From contig NW_026250436.1 of assembly GCF_024521635.1 (NCBI RefSeq), positions 124,001-188,000 of the forward strand: a stretch of 64,000 nucleotides of DNA, read 5' to 3'. Below are positions 27,366-40,868 of the stretch, one piece after another. Positions within the stretch are counted from its first letter, which is position 1; the number at the start of each line of letters is the position of its first letter. The translations under genes were made by a program, and so were the position numbers. The notes beneath the pieces were generated by a model. It was given only the letters and a program-made list of their open reading frames with translations, did not search any database and was not told the origin of the DNA. The stretch comes from Tricharina praecox (lineage: Eukaryota).

Positions 27366-28203
27366 GATGACCCCCCCCCCCTCCCCCCCCGAATTATGTA
27401 GTATCATAGTGCATCCTGGCCATTGGGCAGTTGTGGTTGCGGTTGCGACGTCCGGCGCTGGTGGTGGTGGTGGTGATGGTGATGGTGATGGTGGTGGCGG
27501 TAGTGGTGGTGGGCTTCGCGAGCCGCTAGTCTACGTGCTGGCTGGTCGCTCGGTTCAGCCCGAGCCGCTCAGCCGGTGCCGGTAGTTACATAGGTACATA
27601 ACTTACTGGGCTGGGTTTGTGATCAGTGCCCCGCCCGGTATGTAGGTCTTGCATTGCCATCCGTCGGAACGTCGCGTTTGTGGGGTGAATCAGAGTGATG
27701 TGATGGGTCGGGCCGGGCTGGGAGCATGCACTGTGGATCGCTATGTACATACATGGTATGTAGGTAGACCGTCGTCAGGGCGCGTTGGCTTTAGGGGTGC
27801 TGTCTCATAAGAACCTTTTGCTTTTGTTTACTCATTGATTGCATACGACCCATCTAGATCATGGCAATATCCGCGCAAACATACTCCGTAACTCTCCGTT
27901 TCCACGCCACTGCCCAGCCCGACTTTCACTGAACAGCCCGCTGTGGCTTTCCCTGCCCTCTGCTCTGGCCTGTCCCATCGATAGGAGGGGTTATTCAGAT
28001 CCAATCCTGTGTGCACGCAAATGGCAACAATCGAGTGATGTCATGTGATCCCCTAACCATCTTGCTATAAATTCATTACATCTCCAAGCGACTCCCCTTC
28101 AGCGTCGCCGGCCCAAAAAAAAAGAAAAAAACGTATGTAAATCAGAGTCCCCCCGATAAATGAATACAACCGCCCGCCTTATCATAATCCACATCCGAGG
28201 CCT

Positions 28204-30067
28204 TTAGAATACATACCTAAAGTTAACATTCTCGCGATCCGTCAGATCCTCGAACGAGTGTGTGAGCTCGTCATCCTTCTTCGCGTCGCCCTGGGCGATG
28301 AGCGCATCCTTCCGGGCGTTCTCACGCTTGTACCAATACCGCATGAAGACGAGGGTGAGCAGGAGCAGAGCGTAGCAGCCCATGTGCGTGGCGAAGGCGA
28401 TCAGGTAGCGCGGGGCGTCCCACGCAAGGAATACCTGCGGCCCGATGGCATTGCCTACCGCCCACGAAATGAAGTTGATCGCGACGACGCAAGTCTTCTT
28501 GGTTTGGCCGGCGACGTTGCGGGAGACGAGGGCGAGACCGATGGTGGCGCATGCCTGGAGCGGGGTTAGTGGGGTGAACAGTGGGTGCGGGGTGAGGAGG
28601 GGCTTACCCAGAACGAGAGGCAGATGTAGTAGGAGATTAGCAGGCCGATGCTGGTGCCCTTGCTGGTGTTTTTCACTGTCATCAGGACGATGGTGCCGAC
28701 GACGGATCTGTTTTTTCCGTTAGTGGAACTGCGTCTGCGGGTGGGGCCGGATGGGTCGTGAGGGGAATACGAACGGGAGAACGGAGCAGAACATGATGAT
28801 TAGATTCTGATTGTATTTCTTGACCAACCACGCCGAGCCCATGAGGACAAGGATGATGTAGGCGCCCAACACCATAGCGAGCAACTGCGTCTGCAGCACG
28901 GTAAAGTCGAAACTCTTGATGATGATGTTTGCGAACGCGCCGAGACCGGAGGTGGGCAGCGTGGTCAGGATCTGGATGAGCGAGAAGCACCATGTCTGCG
29001 GGTCCTTGAGCGCCTCGATCACTTGCTCCTTGCGGAACGTCTTGTTCTGGATTCCGGTCTGGTTGTCGCGCACTCGCTCGACCATGAGCTTCTTATCCTC
29101 CTCGCTGAAGCACTTAGCGCGCATAGGCGAGTCGGGCATGTAGAAGAGTACGAAGACACCCCAGAGGACCGAGCCGGTTCCGTAGGCGATGAAGAGGGCT
29201 TGCCATGAGTGAATTTTGGCACTGTCGGGGATGTTGGTGAAAGCGTAGGCCAGAAGACCGCCTGGATTCGATGTTAGATGTCATCGTACCTGGAGGGGAG
29301 CAGCGGGGGCGGGGTAAAAAGCATACCAACGATCTGCTGTCCACCGTTCATCATGTACCAGTATGCAACGGTCTGGGCCTGCTCGTCACGCTTGTACCAC
29401 ATGCTGGACAGCACGATGAAGATGGGCTGACAACAAGCTTCAAAGATACCCAGCAACGTCCGCACGGTGACAAGGCCGGCGAAGTTCTTGCATGCTGCGT
29501 GCAGGGCCAATATGGTTCCCCAGCAGATGATGTTGATCGCAAGGTATCTGGTTATCAGGCGTTAGAAAATGCGCGCATATTGCCTTGCCGCCACCGGATA
29601 TGTCGGACACCTACTTTGCAATCGGAACCCGTTGGATGATCCAATTTGTCGGGTATTCTACCGTCAACACTGCAATGTAGATACAGGTCGTCAACCACGA
29701 GTACTGTGCAAAATCGGACTGCGTTAGCGCTATCGCCAGCAAACAGAAGATAAGAGGGGATTGTGCATACCTGCTGGGCCACTAGGTTCGTGTCTTCTCT
29801 GATTCCCATGATGGAAGCAAACGACAACGTGCCCTTGTCCAGGGCCTGGAGGAAGTAGGTGAATATCATGATCGACAGCACCCGCTTGTCGACCAAGCGC
29901 TTCAAACGCTTGTTCTCCTCTGGCGTGATGGTGACTCGAGCGCCGCTGGCATATTTGGCGACTTCCGAGTCCACACGGCTCAGATTTGTGTGGTCTTTCT
30001 CCTTGTGGTAGTCGTCGGTCGAAGTGATGCCCTCGAGATGGGACATGGTTGCCTTTTCGTCGGCCAT
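28204..30067 (-). CDS. MFS transporter, anion:cation symporter (Dal5/allantoate permease-like) family
   Basis: MADEKATMSH start, DKRVLSIMIFTYFLQALDKGTLSFASIMG, RTLLGIFEA, WYKRDEQAQ, PDSPMRAKCF, NVAGQTKK, GNAIGPQVF, FEDLTDRENVNFRYVF*. Canonical introns. Confidence 0.95.
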
Positions 30068-31049
30068 GGTGATGGCTGCTGTGTCTGGAAGCCGGAGGAG
30101 GTGGTGAGAGAATGAGTTAACAACTATCCACACCGGCTGGGGGGAGGGGGAGAGGGTGAGCTTTTGAGATGGGGAAGACTGGTAAATTAATCAACCAGAA
30201 GGGCAGCTGCGATGTCCTTATAACGGATTCCCGCCCACGGCGCGCTCACCCCTCCCACAGCCCCGGCCTACACCGTTCGTGCTGTTGAACAATCTGTCAA
30301 TCCACGGTAAGAGGCATGCAGTTGCTTGTTCCCAGGTAAAGCGCATCATGCAATCAAAAACTCGACGCTCACCACCCTCCCCACCGGGACATGTGGGCAG
30401 CAAAGCAAGCGGACGATCGGTCGCTTGTGAGCAAGAGCCCATTGCGGCTAGGCCGAGCGTGAGCTTCCACATGGCTCCGGGGGCTGATGCGCTACCGCAG
30501 ACCCCCGGGTTTTCTCCAGCTTGTTTTTCCGAGCCTTAGCCGGGACAGGTTTTTCGGTGGCGCATCCGGGGGGGCGACTGTGGGGATTCGGGAAGGGGCA
30601 GGTGCACGGGATGACACCGTTCCATCCAACAGAACGTTTAACGTCGCTGGTTCCCTGCAGGCCGCCCCAGCTTCTGGTGCAGCTGCCACTGACGCGCCAT
30701 GGGCCGTCTCGGTATTGCGGGGGAGTTGCGCCCGATGTGCATCAGGTCGCGCCCCGTCCCCGCAACCCCGGATCAATGCTCCCCGTGTGCCCAGGCCAAC
30801 CTCCGCATATTCGGTTAATGTGGATCGTGGGGCAACCCCACAGTTCTCGAACATGTGCCACAGCCCGAGTGTCTGTGGAGAAGAGCTTTCAAAAAGGCTT
30901 CTGGTGGCGCCAGAAGGGGTGGGAAGAGCACGCGTCCGCCCCACTGCCGCCCCTCCTTCTTCTTTGATCTCGCAGCGCGGAAAAATAATACTTACTTGTA
31001 TTGCCTGCCAGTTGACAGAACCCGCGAGCTTCGAAGCATATCATCCAAC
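30068..31049. promoter_or_regulatory. Shared divergent promoter of the MFS and GH105 genes, with multiple SYGGRG (CreA-type) hexamers
   Basis: Head-to-head ATGs ~980 bp apart. Roughly a dozen SYGGRG matches on both strands by eye (e.g. CTGGGG at 30137). High GC makes many chance matches expected. Confidence 0.5.
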
Positions 31050-32373
31050 ATGCCGGCCATTCAGCACAATGTTTCCCATACCGACGTCCACAAGGCAATC
31101 AAACTGCTGATCAACAATCTCGTAAACATCACAGACGAGACCGGCGAATTCCTACTCAAGCTCGAAGATGGTCGCGTCATCGACACGAAAGGATGGAACG
31201 ACTGGGAGTGGACCCACGGCGTGGGGCTGTACGGCATCTGGCAGTACTACGAACTCACGAACGATCCCGAGTGTCTCAAGATCATGGAGGACTGGTTCCG
31301 CGATAGATTCGCCGCCGGTGGGACGACGAAGAATATCAACACCATGGCCGTGTTCCTGACGCTGGCGTACCTGTACGAGAAGACGGGGAATCAGACCTAC
31401 GTCGCTTGGTTGGATTCGTGGGCCGAGTGGGCCATGTACGACCTCGAGAGAACAGATTACGGAGGAATGCAGCACGTCACGTATGAACATCACCCGTCAC
31501 CCCTTCCCGTGCGATAGATCCTAGATTCCGAAGCCTGATCGAATATCCAGGTACTTGACCCCAAACACGCAGCAATTGTGGGACGATACGTTGATGATGA
31601 CTGGTGCCGAGCCCCACTCCGCTTCCGAGTCCTTGCGCGTCCCCCCGACTGACACGAAACGAAACAGTCCTTCCGCTCGCGAAAATCGGCCAAGTCCTGA
31701 ACCGACCACACTATATCGAAGAAGCAAAACGACAGTTCCTGATCCACATCAAATACCTCTTCGACACGAAAACCGGCCTGTTCCACCACGGCTGGACATT
31801 CCTCGAGGGTGGCCACAACTTCGCCAGCGCCGCGTGGGGTCGCGGGAATAGGTATGTACAGGGCCCATCATCACAGCCATTCCGCCGTTGCCCCTACGTA
31901 ACCCCTCGCTAACCGAACCGCACAGCTGGATCACCATCGTGATCCCTGAATTCATCGAGCTCCTCGACCTCCCGCCCAACGACGCGCTCCGAATCCACCT
32001 CGTCGACACCCTCAATGCGCAATGCCGCGCACTCGCTAAACACCAAGAACCGTGCGGCCTCTGGCGAACAATTCTCGACGACCACCACGAGTCCTCCTAC
32101 CTCGAGGCCTCGGCCACCGCCGGTTTCGCCTTCGGAATGCTGAAAGCGGCAAGGAAGCGATATATTAGCCACGAATTCGAGGAAATAGCCGTCAAGGCCG
32201 TTAAAGCCGTCATGGCTAATATCGACGAGAAGGGCGAGCTCCAGCAGGTCTCGTTTGGAACACCGATCGGCGAGACGAAGGAGTTCTACAAGACTATTCC
32301 GCTCACTAGTATGCCCTACGGCCAGGCGATGGCCATGATGAGCCTGGTGGAGTTTTTGAGAGTGTTTTTGTAG
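31050..32373 (+). CDS. Glycoside hydrolase family 105 (unsaturated rhamnogalacturonyl hydrolase, YteR-like), no signal peptide
   Basis: WEWTHGVGLYG, GGMQHVT, QLWDDTLMM, TGLFHHGW, WGRGN|SW, GLWRTILDD, YLEASATAGFAFG, MPYGQ. Three introns. Confidence 0.93.
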
Positions 32374-33669
32374 ATATCGTTATTTCTTATTCCGCATGTC
32401 TGTAGGGTACTAGGTATCATATGTATCATAGAATACTGACAGCAAGCAATGGTAGTTGACGAGCTAAAATCGTGAAACAAGAGCATATGCGGTCTCATCA
32501 GACCTCCCCACATACTCCGCATACGTAAACGATGTACTCTACATATGCACCCCCGATTCCAAGGCACGGAATTGCCCTCTAGTCTCGCAGCAGGTCTGCA
32601 AAGGTTAAATGTAACCCGAACGTTGGTTTGTTTCACCCGCGCCCCCCGCACGCAGGTGTTTACAGGCGCAGATGGTCCGTCGTTGGGTCATTGCTTAGTG
32701 CTGACCACCAGCCCCCGGGATTAATGGGAGAGGGGAGGGAGGGAGAGCTTACGGAGGGAGCCGAGCAAGTGCCATGTGCTTGAACTGAAGTGGACCCAGC
32801 CGAGATCACCTTCGTATCCGAGGATTCCACGGTTCGGGTGCAGGCCGGGCGGCTTGGCTGATTGGCCGGATAAATTCGCCTCGCACAAGTGATGATTTGC
32901 CAGGAGTTAATCCGCCCGGAGAAGGCTGAGCGTTATGGGCTGGGGGAAAGGCTGAGGCTGAGTGAGCATGCGGGATCACTCGGGGTGTGGACTCGGCTGC
33001 CATGCCGTGGAGTTTTGCGACCTCCTGCTGAGTGACTTTATGTGAAGGACTTTTGTCGGACTACTACCGCTGCCTTGGCCGAGGTCGATCTGTCTGCGTG
33101 ACAAGGTCGACGGAGATCGTTGGTGACGTCACGGTTGATCTCGCTGCTGCTGCTGATTGTAGGCAATCGAAATGGGGAGAGGGCGGCTTTGTTTTGATTG
33201 TGCGCATCCCTTAGTGTGTACCTTTCGGCCCTACATGACCGCGAGAGTGCTCCAACAACAGTAAGGGTTTGCGGGCTCATTCATGGTCATGCACTGCAAG
33301 TCTTGCTACGGACAGATAACACCATGAGACTGTACAGGCCAGCCAGCTTCTCCGTAGATGACTTGGTTTGCTTTGATCCTGTGGTCATGTTTCGCCGTCG
33401 ATGAGTAGCAAATAATGTTCCAAGCAATTCAACAATCAGTACGAGGTTGAATCGGGATGTGCCAAGACTCTCTGCAGCAGCTATTGTGTTTCGTTTCTCT
33501 CTACCTCTCTACCTCTCCTTCCCCCCTTCTCTTCTTCTCTTTTTCTCTTTACCTTCACCTCATCGCCACCCTTCCTGTCTCCTCAAGAATCTTTCTCCTA
33601 CTCTCGATCACCGCCTTCAATTTTCCACCGGTGGCCTTCAACGCAAACAAAACTCTTTCATCCTCCACA

Positions 33670-35037
33670 ATGGTCAATCCTACGTCTCCTCCTCCCTCAC
33701 TGGTTCGTCTCGGTCTCGGAGCGGCTTCTGCTCGTCTTAATCTCGATCTCGATAACCCTGAGCCCGTAAATCTCACTTTCATCTACCAAGCTTTCCACAC
33801 ATCTCTCTTTGTCCCTCCTGCTCGGATTGACATCACGCTGGACCCGGTCATCGAAGAAACCATCACCGCTGGATCCGCTACCGATACCCAGAGCCACAAC
33901 CAGGGCGAAGACGGAGGTAACGGCCGCTCGGTCTCATTTTCCATCTCGGTCTCATTTTCCATCCCGGTCTCAGTTTTCATTGACACCAACCCCGACTTCA
34001 GCGAGATTACCACCTTGGCTACTGGCTCGGACTTCGAAGAAGAGCCGGAGGTTGCTGTTGTCCCTCATCGCTCGCTAGACAATAACGAGAACGATAACGA
34101 TAACGTCTCTGGACGTATTCACTTGTTTGATGCCGGCCAATTCGTCCCTGCCGGCGACGACAGTTTTGTTTCTCTCGATGCCTTTCCCGCCGAAGTAGGG
34201 GCGATCGACGCCACCAGCGCCACCATGTCTGCTGTCGGTTCTCCTGGTGCCTCTCTCGCTGTCGTCGAGGAGGTCGATGTAACCTTGTCTGCTGCGGGCC
34301 CTCTCGGTGCCCCTCTCGCGGAAGTTCGTCGCCGCGGCCTAGGTGAGAGACGCACGGTACTTTTGTACCATATGTCCCCTCTCGCCAGGCTGGCAGACGT
34401 TTCGAGAATTTGCGCGGGTGCGGGTGTTGTTGAGCGTTTAGAGGTGATTCAGGGGCTTGGAAAGGGGATGGTTCGTTTTGCGGACGAAGAAACCGCCGAA
34501 AGGTTTCTTCAGCGTTCCGCGAACGGCATCCTCTATAGGGGCGTGGCCGTTGTTGTCGTACCCTGCATGGTGGACAATGCCATGAGTGAGTACTTGAGAA
34601 ATGCCATCGAGAATGGTGTCCGCAGAATTCTGCGGATCGAGGGAGCCGAACCCGGCATACTTCGGAGAGCCATCCGAGAGCGTCGGCCAACTACAGACAT
34701 GAGATCAATCGCGAGTCTCAATCCTACCGAACTTCTCGAGAAGCTCATCTTCGGAATTACAGGCCGTAAACATATCGAGAGAGTTGAAGTTAGGATGAAC
34801 TCGGAGGGGATCTTGGAGGGCCGGGTCATTTGGGGCAAGATCAAGCTTGCTATCAAGGCGTCTATTGCGTTGTGGAGATGTGCGTCCTTGCAAGCTTGCA
34901 GGATTGAGTACTACCGTGATCCGTGAGTAATCCCTTTCTTTGATGCTACGAGTAAACCTAATTGTTTGGATAGATGCGACTACCCTATCAACACCCAGTC
35001 CGCCTCGGCCGCCCCGAACCACCCTGCTTCGAACTAA
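33670..35037 (+). CDS. RRM-like RNA-binding protein with acidic low-complexity N-terminus
   Basis: RRTVLLYHM..GVVERL..GMVRFADEETAERF (RNP-like) and a second repeat VRRILRIEG..IEYYRDP|C. Intron 34923-34973 (GTGAGT..CTAAT..TAG). Last exon ends in TAA at 35037. Confidence 0.75.
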
Positions 35038-35239
35038 ACCAGCGACCGACCGATTTGAAGGGTTTCGAAGGTTTCTCTTAGGATCAGGAGAACGGAATGA
35101 AGTAAAATGATGTGCTTGTTCTGGCTGAGAAGGGATGTTGAGCTGTTTGTTGGCGCAAATGCGGGTGATTTTTCATGCTGGTGTTTTTCTGTTTTCGGAT
35201 GTCTTTCATGTGGTTTTTTTGCATCTGTGGTTTTTTCCC

Positions 35240-35390
35240 TTCATTCATGGGTTTTTTCCATTCATCTGGGATTTCTTGTTCATGAGGCTTTTCTCATTCG
35301 TCTGGGGTTTCTTGTTCATGAGGTTTTTTTCGTTCATCTGGGGTTTCTTGTTCATGTGGCTTTTCTCATTCATGTGTCTTTTTTCCCGCG
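35240..35390. repeat. Degenerate 18/36-bp T-rich tandem repeat (TTCATCTGGGGTTTCTTGTTCATGAGGCTTTTCTCA)
   Basis: 3-4 imperfect 36-bp units downstream of the RRM gene. Confidence 0.8.
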
Positions 35391-37814
35391 TACTCTCGAA
35401 TACTGTTTACGAGCCTTATCGTCAGATTCAGAAAAGAAACGAGGGTTAAGGTGGATTCTGTTCATGCGTGAAAGGTGTGAGGTCCAAGGATGACTTGGTG
35501 AATTTTGATTGTGTTTCGACCAGCCCATCAACGACGCATGATACCTCCAGCCCTACATACGGAGGATCTTAGAGTCCGTGAAAATTGCTCGCCCTTTCGC
35601 TGCGGGCCGCTGACGTGGTATATATGTGCCGGGATGAGATCTCGACCGAAGCCGCTCGGCCAACTGGTAACTACCGCGCTCTCCACACCAGCGAGTGATC
35701 ATCGTCGATCATGTTAGCTCACTCGCTCTTGCGGCGCTCACGGGTGAGGAAATAGGTAAATACTTGGTATGATGGTTCGGTACGATTATCGATCGCTTCG
35801 CTGGAGGATTAAGAGTCTGAGAGACTGCTTTTGGGGGTTCGGGTACCGACTGTGAGTTTGGGTACTGATGTGGGGGTTTGGGTATCTACCGTCCGTATTC
35901 TATTATCGTTGCTGCAATGCTGCTGCCTCGAGCCGAGGGCCCACCGCCCGGAGTCGTGACTCGTTAGGATGCAGAGTGCAGTGTGCAGAAGAAATGAGAG
36001 AAGGGCAAAATATTGGGCGTTACATAACTAATGCTGTGAAGCAGAAAGTTCCCCAAAGTTCGGGTGGTCGCCCCTACGCCGTGGGGGTATATGTAGGGGT
36101 GGACCGGTGGTGCAGTGCAGTGCAGTGCAGTAATCTGGGAAACTTTAATCTGACAGCATCGCATGGGGACCGTATAACGTGAACGATAAGTACCGGCGGA
36201 GTCTGGACAGACGCATTGCGAGCGCACGCCTCCACGATTATCACGATACTCGATTACAAAAGTGAGATGCGGTGCATACATACAAAAGCTTTATCGACTC
36301 GGAGTGTTGGAGAGGGCTCCCGGGCCGGGTCGGACTGGGCCATTACGCTGGCGCTGGAGATTACGGCGCCGGTGCCGGCGCCGGGCCGAAGGTTGCAACT
36401 TGCAACTTGTGCGGCTTTTCGGGTTTCGCGGAACTCTCGAGAGTCGAAACCTGAATGGTTTGGGTGCGGATCCGCGGTCACGCTGACGATGCGCCGCGGT
36501 CAGGTCGGTACATGGTGCTTCACCGCGGGAAAAAATCAGCAATATGGTAGTTTGCACTGGGTCGTGGGTCGTGGAGTCCCCAAGCTCGAAACACGACCAA
36601 AATACCTCATGCCTAGATTCTAGGAACCAGAAAACTCCGCAGCCCGGTGCGTTCGAGCTCCCAAAATCCGAAGCGCCGGGTCGATGTCAAAAACTCAAAA
36701 TACTAGAGTGCCCCAGCCTTCCGAGTCCCGACCAGACTCGGGCCGGGCTACGATGTCGAGACTCGAAACTCGAGACTCGTTCCGATTTCTAACTTATACC
36801 CAGTGCTCCTTGATGCGCCGCCTTTCCCTATTTATGTCCGAGCTCTGACAGTTCCTCCCCTCCCCCTTCCCCCGGCCTTCCCCACCGTTTCCACGGCGTT
36901 ACGGCATTGCTTCGTTTCGACATTCGACTGCTGTCCAGTGTCCAGTTCCCAGCAAGAGTCCAAGAATAGGTATATAGGTATTCACCCCATGAAGGCAGTT
37001 TCAAAAGCCACTCAACGGCACAGCTCCACCGGTTCAGACGGCTTTACTCTAAGTAGCACTTCTGGCTGTTTGTACCTCCCCAATGTAGTTCACCTTGTTA
37101 CCGCGAAGTTTATGTTGAAAATTACGTACCGGACGATAGATTCGGTGAATCGCACAATAGAGTAGGTAGATCCTTGACTACCGTTTAGGTACGTGTCGTG
37201 AGCTCGATTTCCGCGTGATTCAGAGCGCCGGCTGCGTTCGACAGTGAACACAGGTACTAGGTAGGTAGGTAAGCACTACACTTGAAAAGTTGACACCCCG
37301 TCAGTCCTGACTCCTGACTGCCCATGGGCCGGGAACCCCTCGTCTGCCTCGTCTATAGACTATAGTAAATAGGCCCGGTGCGGCCTACTAGTTAACTACT
37401 ACTAGTAGCCAAGACCACCCAACGCAGGCTCAGCCCTACTTCCTACCTAGGTCCTAGGCTGGTCCAGTAGCCACCCGGTGGACTGGCAGTACTACACATC
37501 TACATATAGGTATAGTAGTGGCCAAGGGCCGCCCGAACTGTCGGGTCCGGCGGCACAATGCCGGTACACAAAGCTGGTACATATGTAGTGTACACGATCG
37601 TACATGCGACATGAAAGCACAGACAACGGCGGAAAACTCTCGTCATCATCCGCCCGGCGCTCGTGCTGGTGCTGCAGGGGCGTGGATCGTTGGACGGAGA
37701 AACTCATGGAGGACTGCAGTGAACGGATGGAGTGAACGGCGCGGAAACGGTGCGGCCCTGCGGGCGAGTGCGCTGGTGAATCCACTTCGTAATGGATCAT
37801 GGACTAGCCGCGAG

Positions 37815-38113
37815 TAGGGATGCCGGATTACCGTAAAGTATGAGCCGTGACGGTAAAGTGTCACGTAACGATTTAAGCTTGGCAGTAACGTTACTGCCAA
37901 GCCCGCCATACGCCACACCCACATTGCGCCATCCGCGTGACTCCGCCATAGCCGAACGGGCACCACTAGCCACTATCAGCCATCATCAGCCGCTATCAGC
38001 CACTGCTACTAGCGCCTTGGCAACAACGTTACCGTCACAACTCATGCTTTACTGTAATATAACATAACGTGACGTGACATTACGTTACTGTAACGTTACG
38101 GGCGGCATCCCTA
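37815..38113. mobile_element. hAT-superfamily MITE (Ac/Ds-like TIR), 299 bp
   Basis: Perfect 11-bp TIR TAGGGATGCCG / CGGCATCCCTA. Exact 8-bp TSD GCCGCGAG at 37807-37814 and 38114-38121. Subterminal inverted repeats. Confidence 0.9.
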
Positions 38114-40868
38114 GCCGCGAGTAAGCCAGCCTAGGCTCTATAGATAGCAGTTACGCTAAACTCTAAACGCTAGGTAAACGCCAAATAAGCCAATGGTTCA
38201 AAGTATGCTCGTATAAGGAAAGGAAGCTGGTCCGTGAAGACCGTGGCATCGATTGATGCGTTGTACGACCTCTGTATCGCTCGCAGTGACCACGTGATCA
38301 CTTCGCGTCTCGAAGCCGTGGGCGCCAATCCGCCTCGAGCGCTGCCATGACAAAACTGGAGACTGCTGCACGGTTCGCCTGAAGGCTGAAGCTGCAGTCC
38401 CGTCATCAGGCCCATCGGTGGTGGTTAGATAACGAGAGTCCCGGAGTCCCGGCGGCCGATTCAGCGAGATTCCACGAGACACCCTCAATCAGCCCACATT
38501 GTGCCTCGTGCTTTCACTGTTCAGGGTTGTCCTCGCGAAATAGCATGCTGTAGATACTCTACTCTATATGAACATCTTCTAAGCGGGCTTCTCATCCGGG
38601 ACGGGGGCGGGGCTGCGGCGAAGACTTTTCGGCAGGGGTGGGAACTCTAGGCCGACAGCGTCTCTTTCTCGGCCGACAGGTAGCGCCGGCGCGGCGACAG
38701 CCTAGCCGTGTACCCGGGTAAACTAGTCTACCGACACGCCGCGATTTACTACGGCCGACCGACCATGCGCAGTGAGTACTTTACTGCAGCCCGTGGTTTT
38801 CCTCAGTCGGCATGATTGTATCATGGAAGCAAGGCGAGCTCGTGGGCTCTGCTCGACTGCTGTTCTCGACATGGCTTGCATCTCGCTCGTACGTGCATAC
38901 TGTATCATACTTACACAACTATATCTGTGTGGTTCCATTGAAGCGTGATATGTTGTCTCTGGTAGGTATGCTTGATATGTGTGATATGCATTGTACATAC
39001 ATAAGTTACGGACGACTGGTCTCGACTGTGAGGGGGTGGTCGGTCGGCCTCAGCTGTAAAGTAATCACGCAGCAGTCATCTGCCTGCAGACAGTTTCTGG
39101 TATGTCTAATATGTAGGCTACATACTTGAAAGCGTTCCTCGGCTCGCATCGAGCAGCGCCGATCACAGTCAAGTGCTCTAATAGGTAGACGGCTGGCGAT
39201 ATCGTGACAGTACTCTACAAAAACAAGCACCCACGTCGACATCGGCATCTCCGGCAGTGCTGCTGCGCTCTATATTTGAACAGCAATAGTTAACGGTTAT
39301 TTCCTCGCCCCTGCGATACCTAAATCATCGGGGTCGGACCCATGAAAACGCCGCCTCGTGAGTCGTAAATACAGAAGCTCGTGTTGCCTAGTCTAGTCGG
39401 AGACTGGATTCCTACGGTGCCAAAATTAGAAGCCCGTAGACTGTACCTGTACACGGTACATCGTATTGTAGACTGTGCCATGTACTATGTACATAATGTT
39501 TGCACCGCCCGCAACCGAGGATAACTGCATACATTCACACAGGATCTCAGACACGCTCCCGTCCGAACCACCGTCCGAACCGCCGTCCCGCCGACTCGGC
39601 ATCTCCGTAACTCAGGTAACTATCCGCCAACCAAGCGGGACGGCGAGTGTTCTTCAGCCTTCGAGTATGCACTTAGTTGGTGCCCTCGCTTGAGACTTCA
39701 GTGACGTAGATATGTACCGTGCCGATCCAAGATTAACGTTTAGTTAGGGTTGACTGGGTTGGGTTGGGCTGGGTTGACGGGGCAACGAGTATATAGTCAC
39801 TACTCTGACCACTCTACGCTAGAGTAGATATTCTGTTCCTTACACCAATCAGCAGCAGCCAGTCTTCACACTGTGGGGGGCACTGGGCCAGTTGGAGAGT
39901 GGGGTGGTTGAGTGCCAAGCGGGCAGGGCAGTCGTGATGATCTCCCGCTGCTGCACGGTGGCTGTGGACGCGCTGACTGGGCTGGCTGCACAGACGACGA
40001 TCGACTTTAGTTCCGTTAAGCGGGAATACGGTGCCGGTGCGGAGGAAACTTCGGTATTGGCCCCCCTCCCCCCACAAGTCAATGGCCTGGTACGGTGGTG
40101 GGTACCGGTCTCGATGACTCTGGCTGTCATTTTGGAGCGAGTTGGGTCTCCTGGAACCCCGTCCTACCGTCCACCGTCCTACCGTCCACCGTCCTACCAT
40201 CTAACTACGGGCTCCTTGTTCGTCTGAATGAGAAGGTATACACCACACGAAGGGGGGGCATGCGGGCCTAAGGCTGAGCACATCACCATTCAACCCCGCA
40301 CCGCCGTGGACCGAATAATCCACCCCTCCCATCCATTAGACGTCTTCGGGCGAATAGAACCTGCCGGGGGTGCCAACTTTTCGAACACACGGTCTTGGTG
40401 ACAGACGGCAGTCGGACCTATTTCCGGATATGCACGCAACTGCTACCATACCGTAGTGCAGTGATGCGATCAGACTTTCGGTTCTTCCGCAGTCCGTACC
40501 ACCGTCGCTGCCAGCTAAGACTCTTCTCGCCAAAATTATCCCACCAAGCCTTCCATCGATGGCCAGCAGGTCGCTCAGCAGATCTCCAGAGCCACGGCAC
40601 CCCCCCCCCCCACTTGGGTCTCCGCCAGAGAGAACGCAAGGTGTGTGTTTACATGTCGTAGCTTAGGCCCGCAGGTACGAGCGAGATGATCCGATTCAGA
40701 TGAATATATATATCAGGATCAGTGTCCTGTCTACTTGGTCTCATCATCTGCCTCCTACAGCTGTTTCCGAGGAAGCCGAAAGAACGAAAAAAACAACCCT
40801 CACAACGAGCCTCCTATTCCGGCTGTTCGACCTCGTTACCATCCGGCTTCCAATCGCACATCTTCACG

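Noticed and set aside
27841..27960. CATACGACC resembling the 5' end of fungal 5S rRNA
   Set aside because: The match stops after 9 nt and there are no internal 5S motifs.
36180..36800. Repeated TCGAAAC/CTCGAG motifs suggesting another MITE
   Set aside because: No TIR or TSD boundaries could be identified.
39738..39780. TTAGGG plus (GGGTT)n as a telomeric relic or telomerase RNA template
   Set aside because: Only a single hexamer, with no supporting array or structure.
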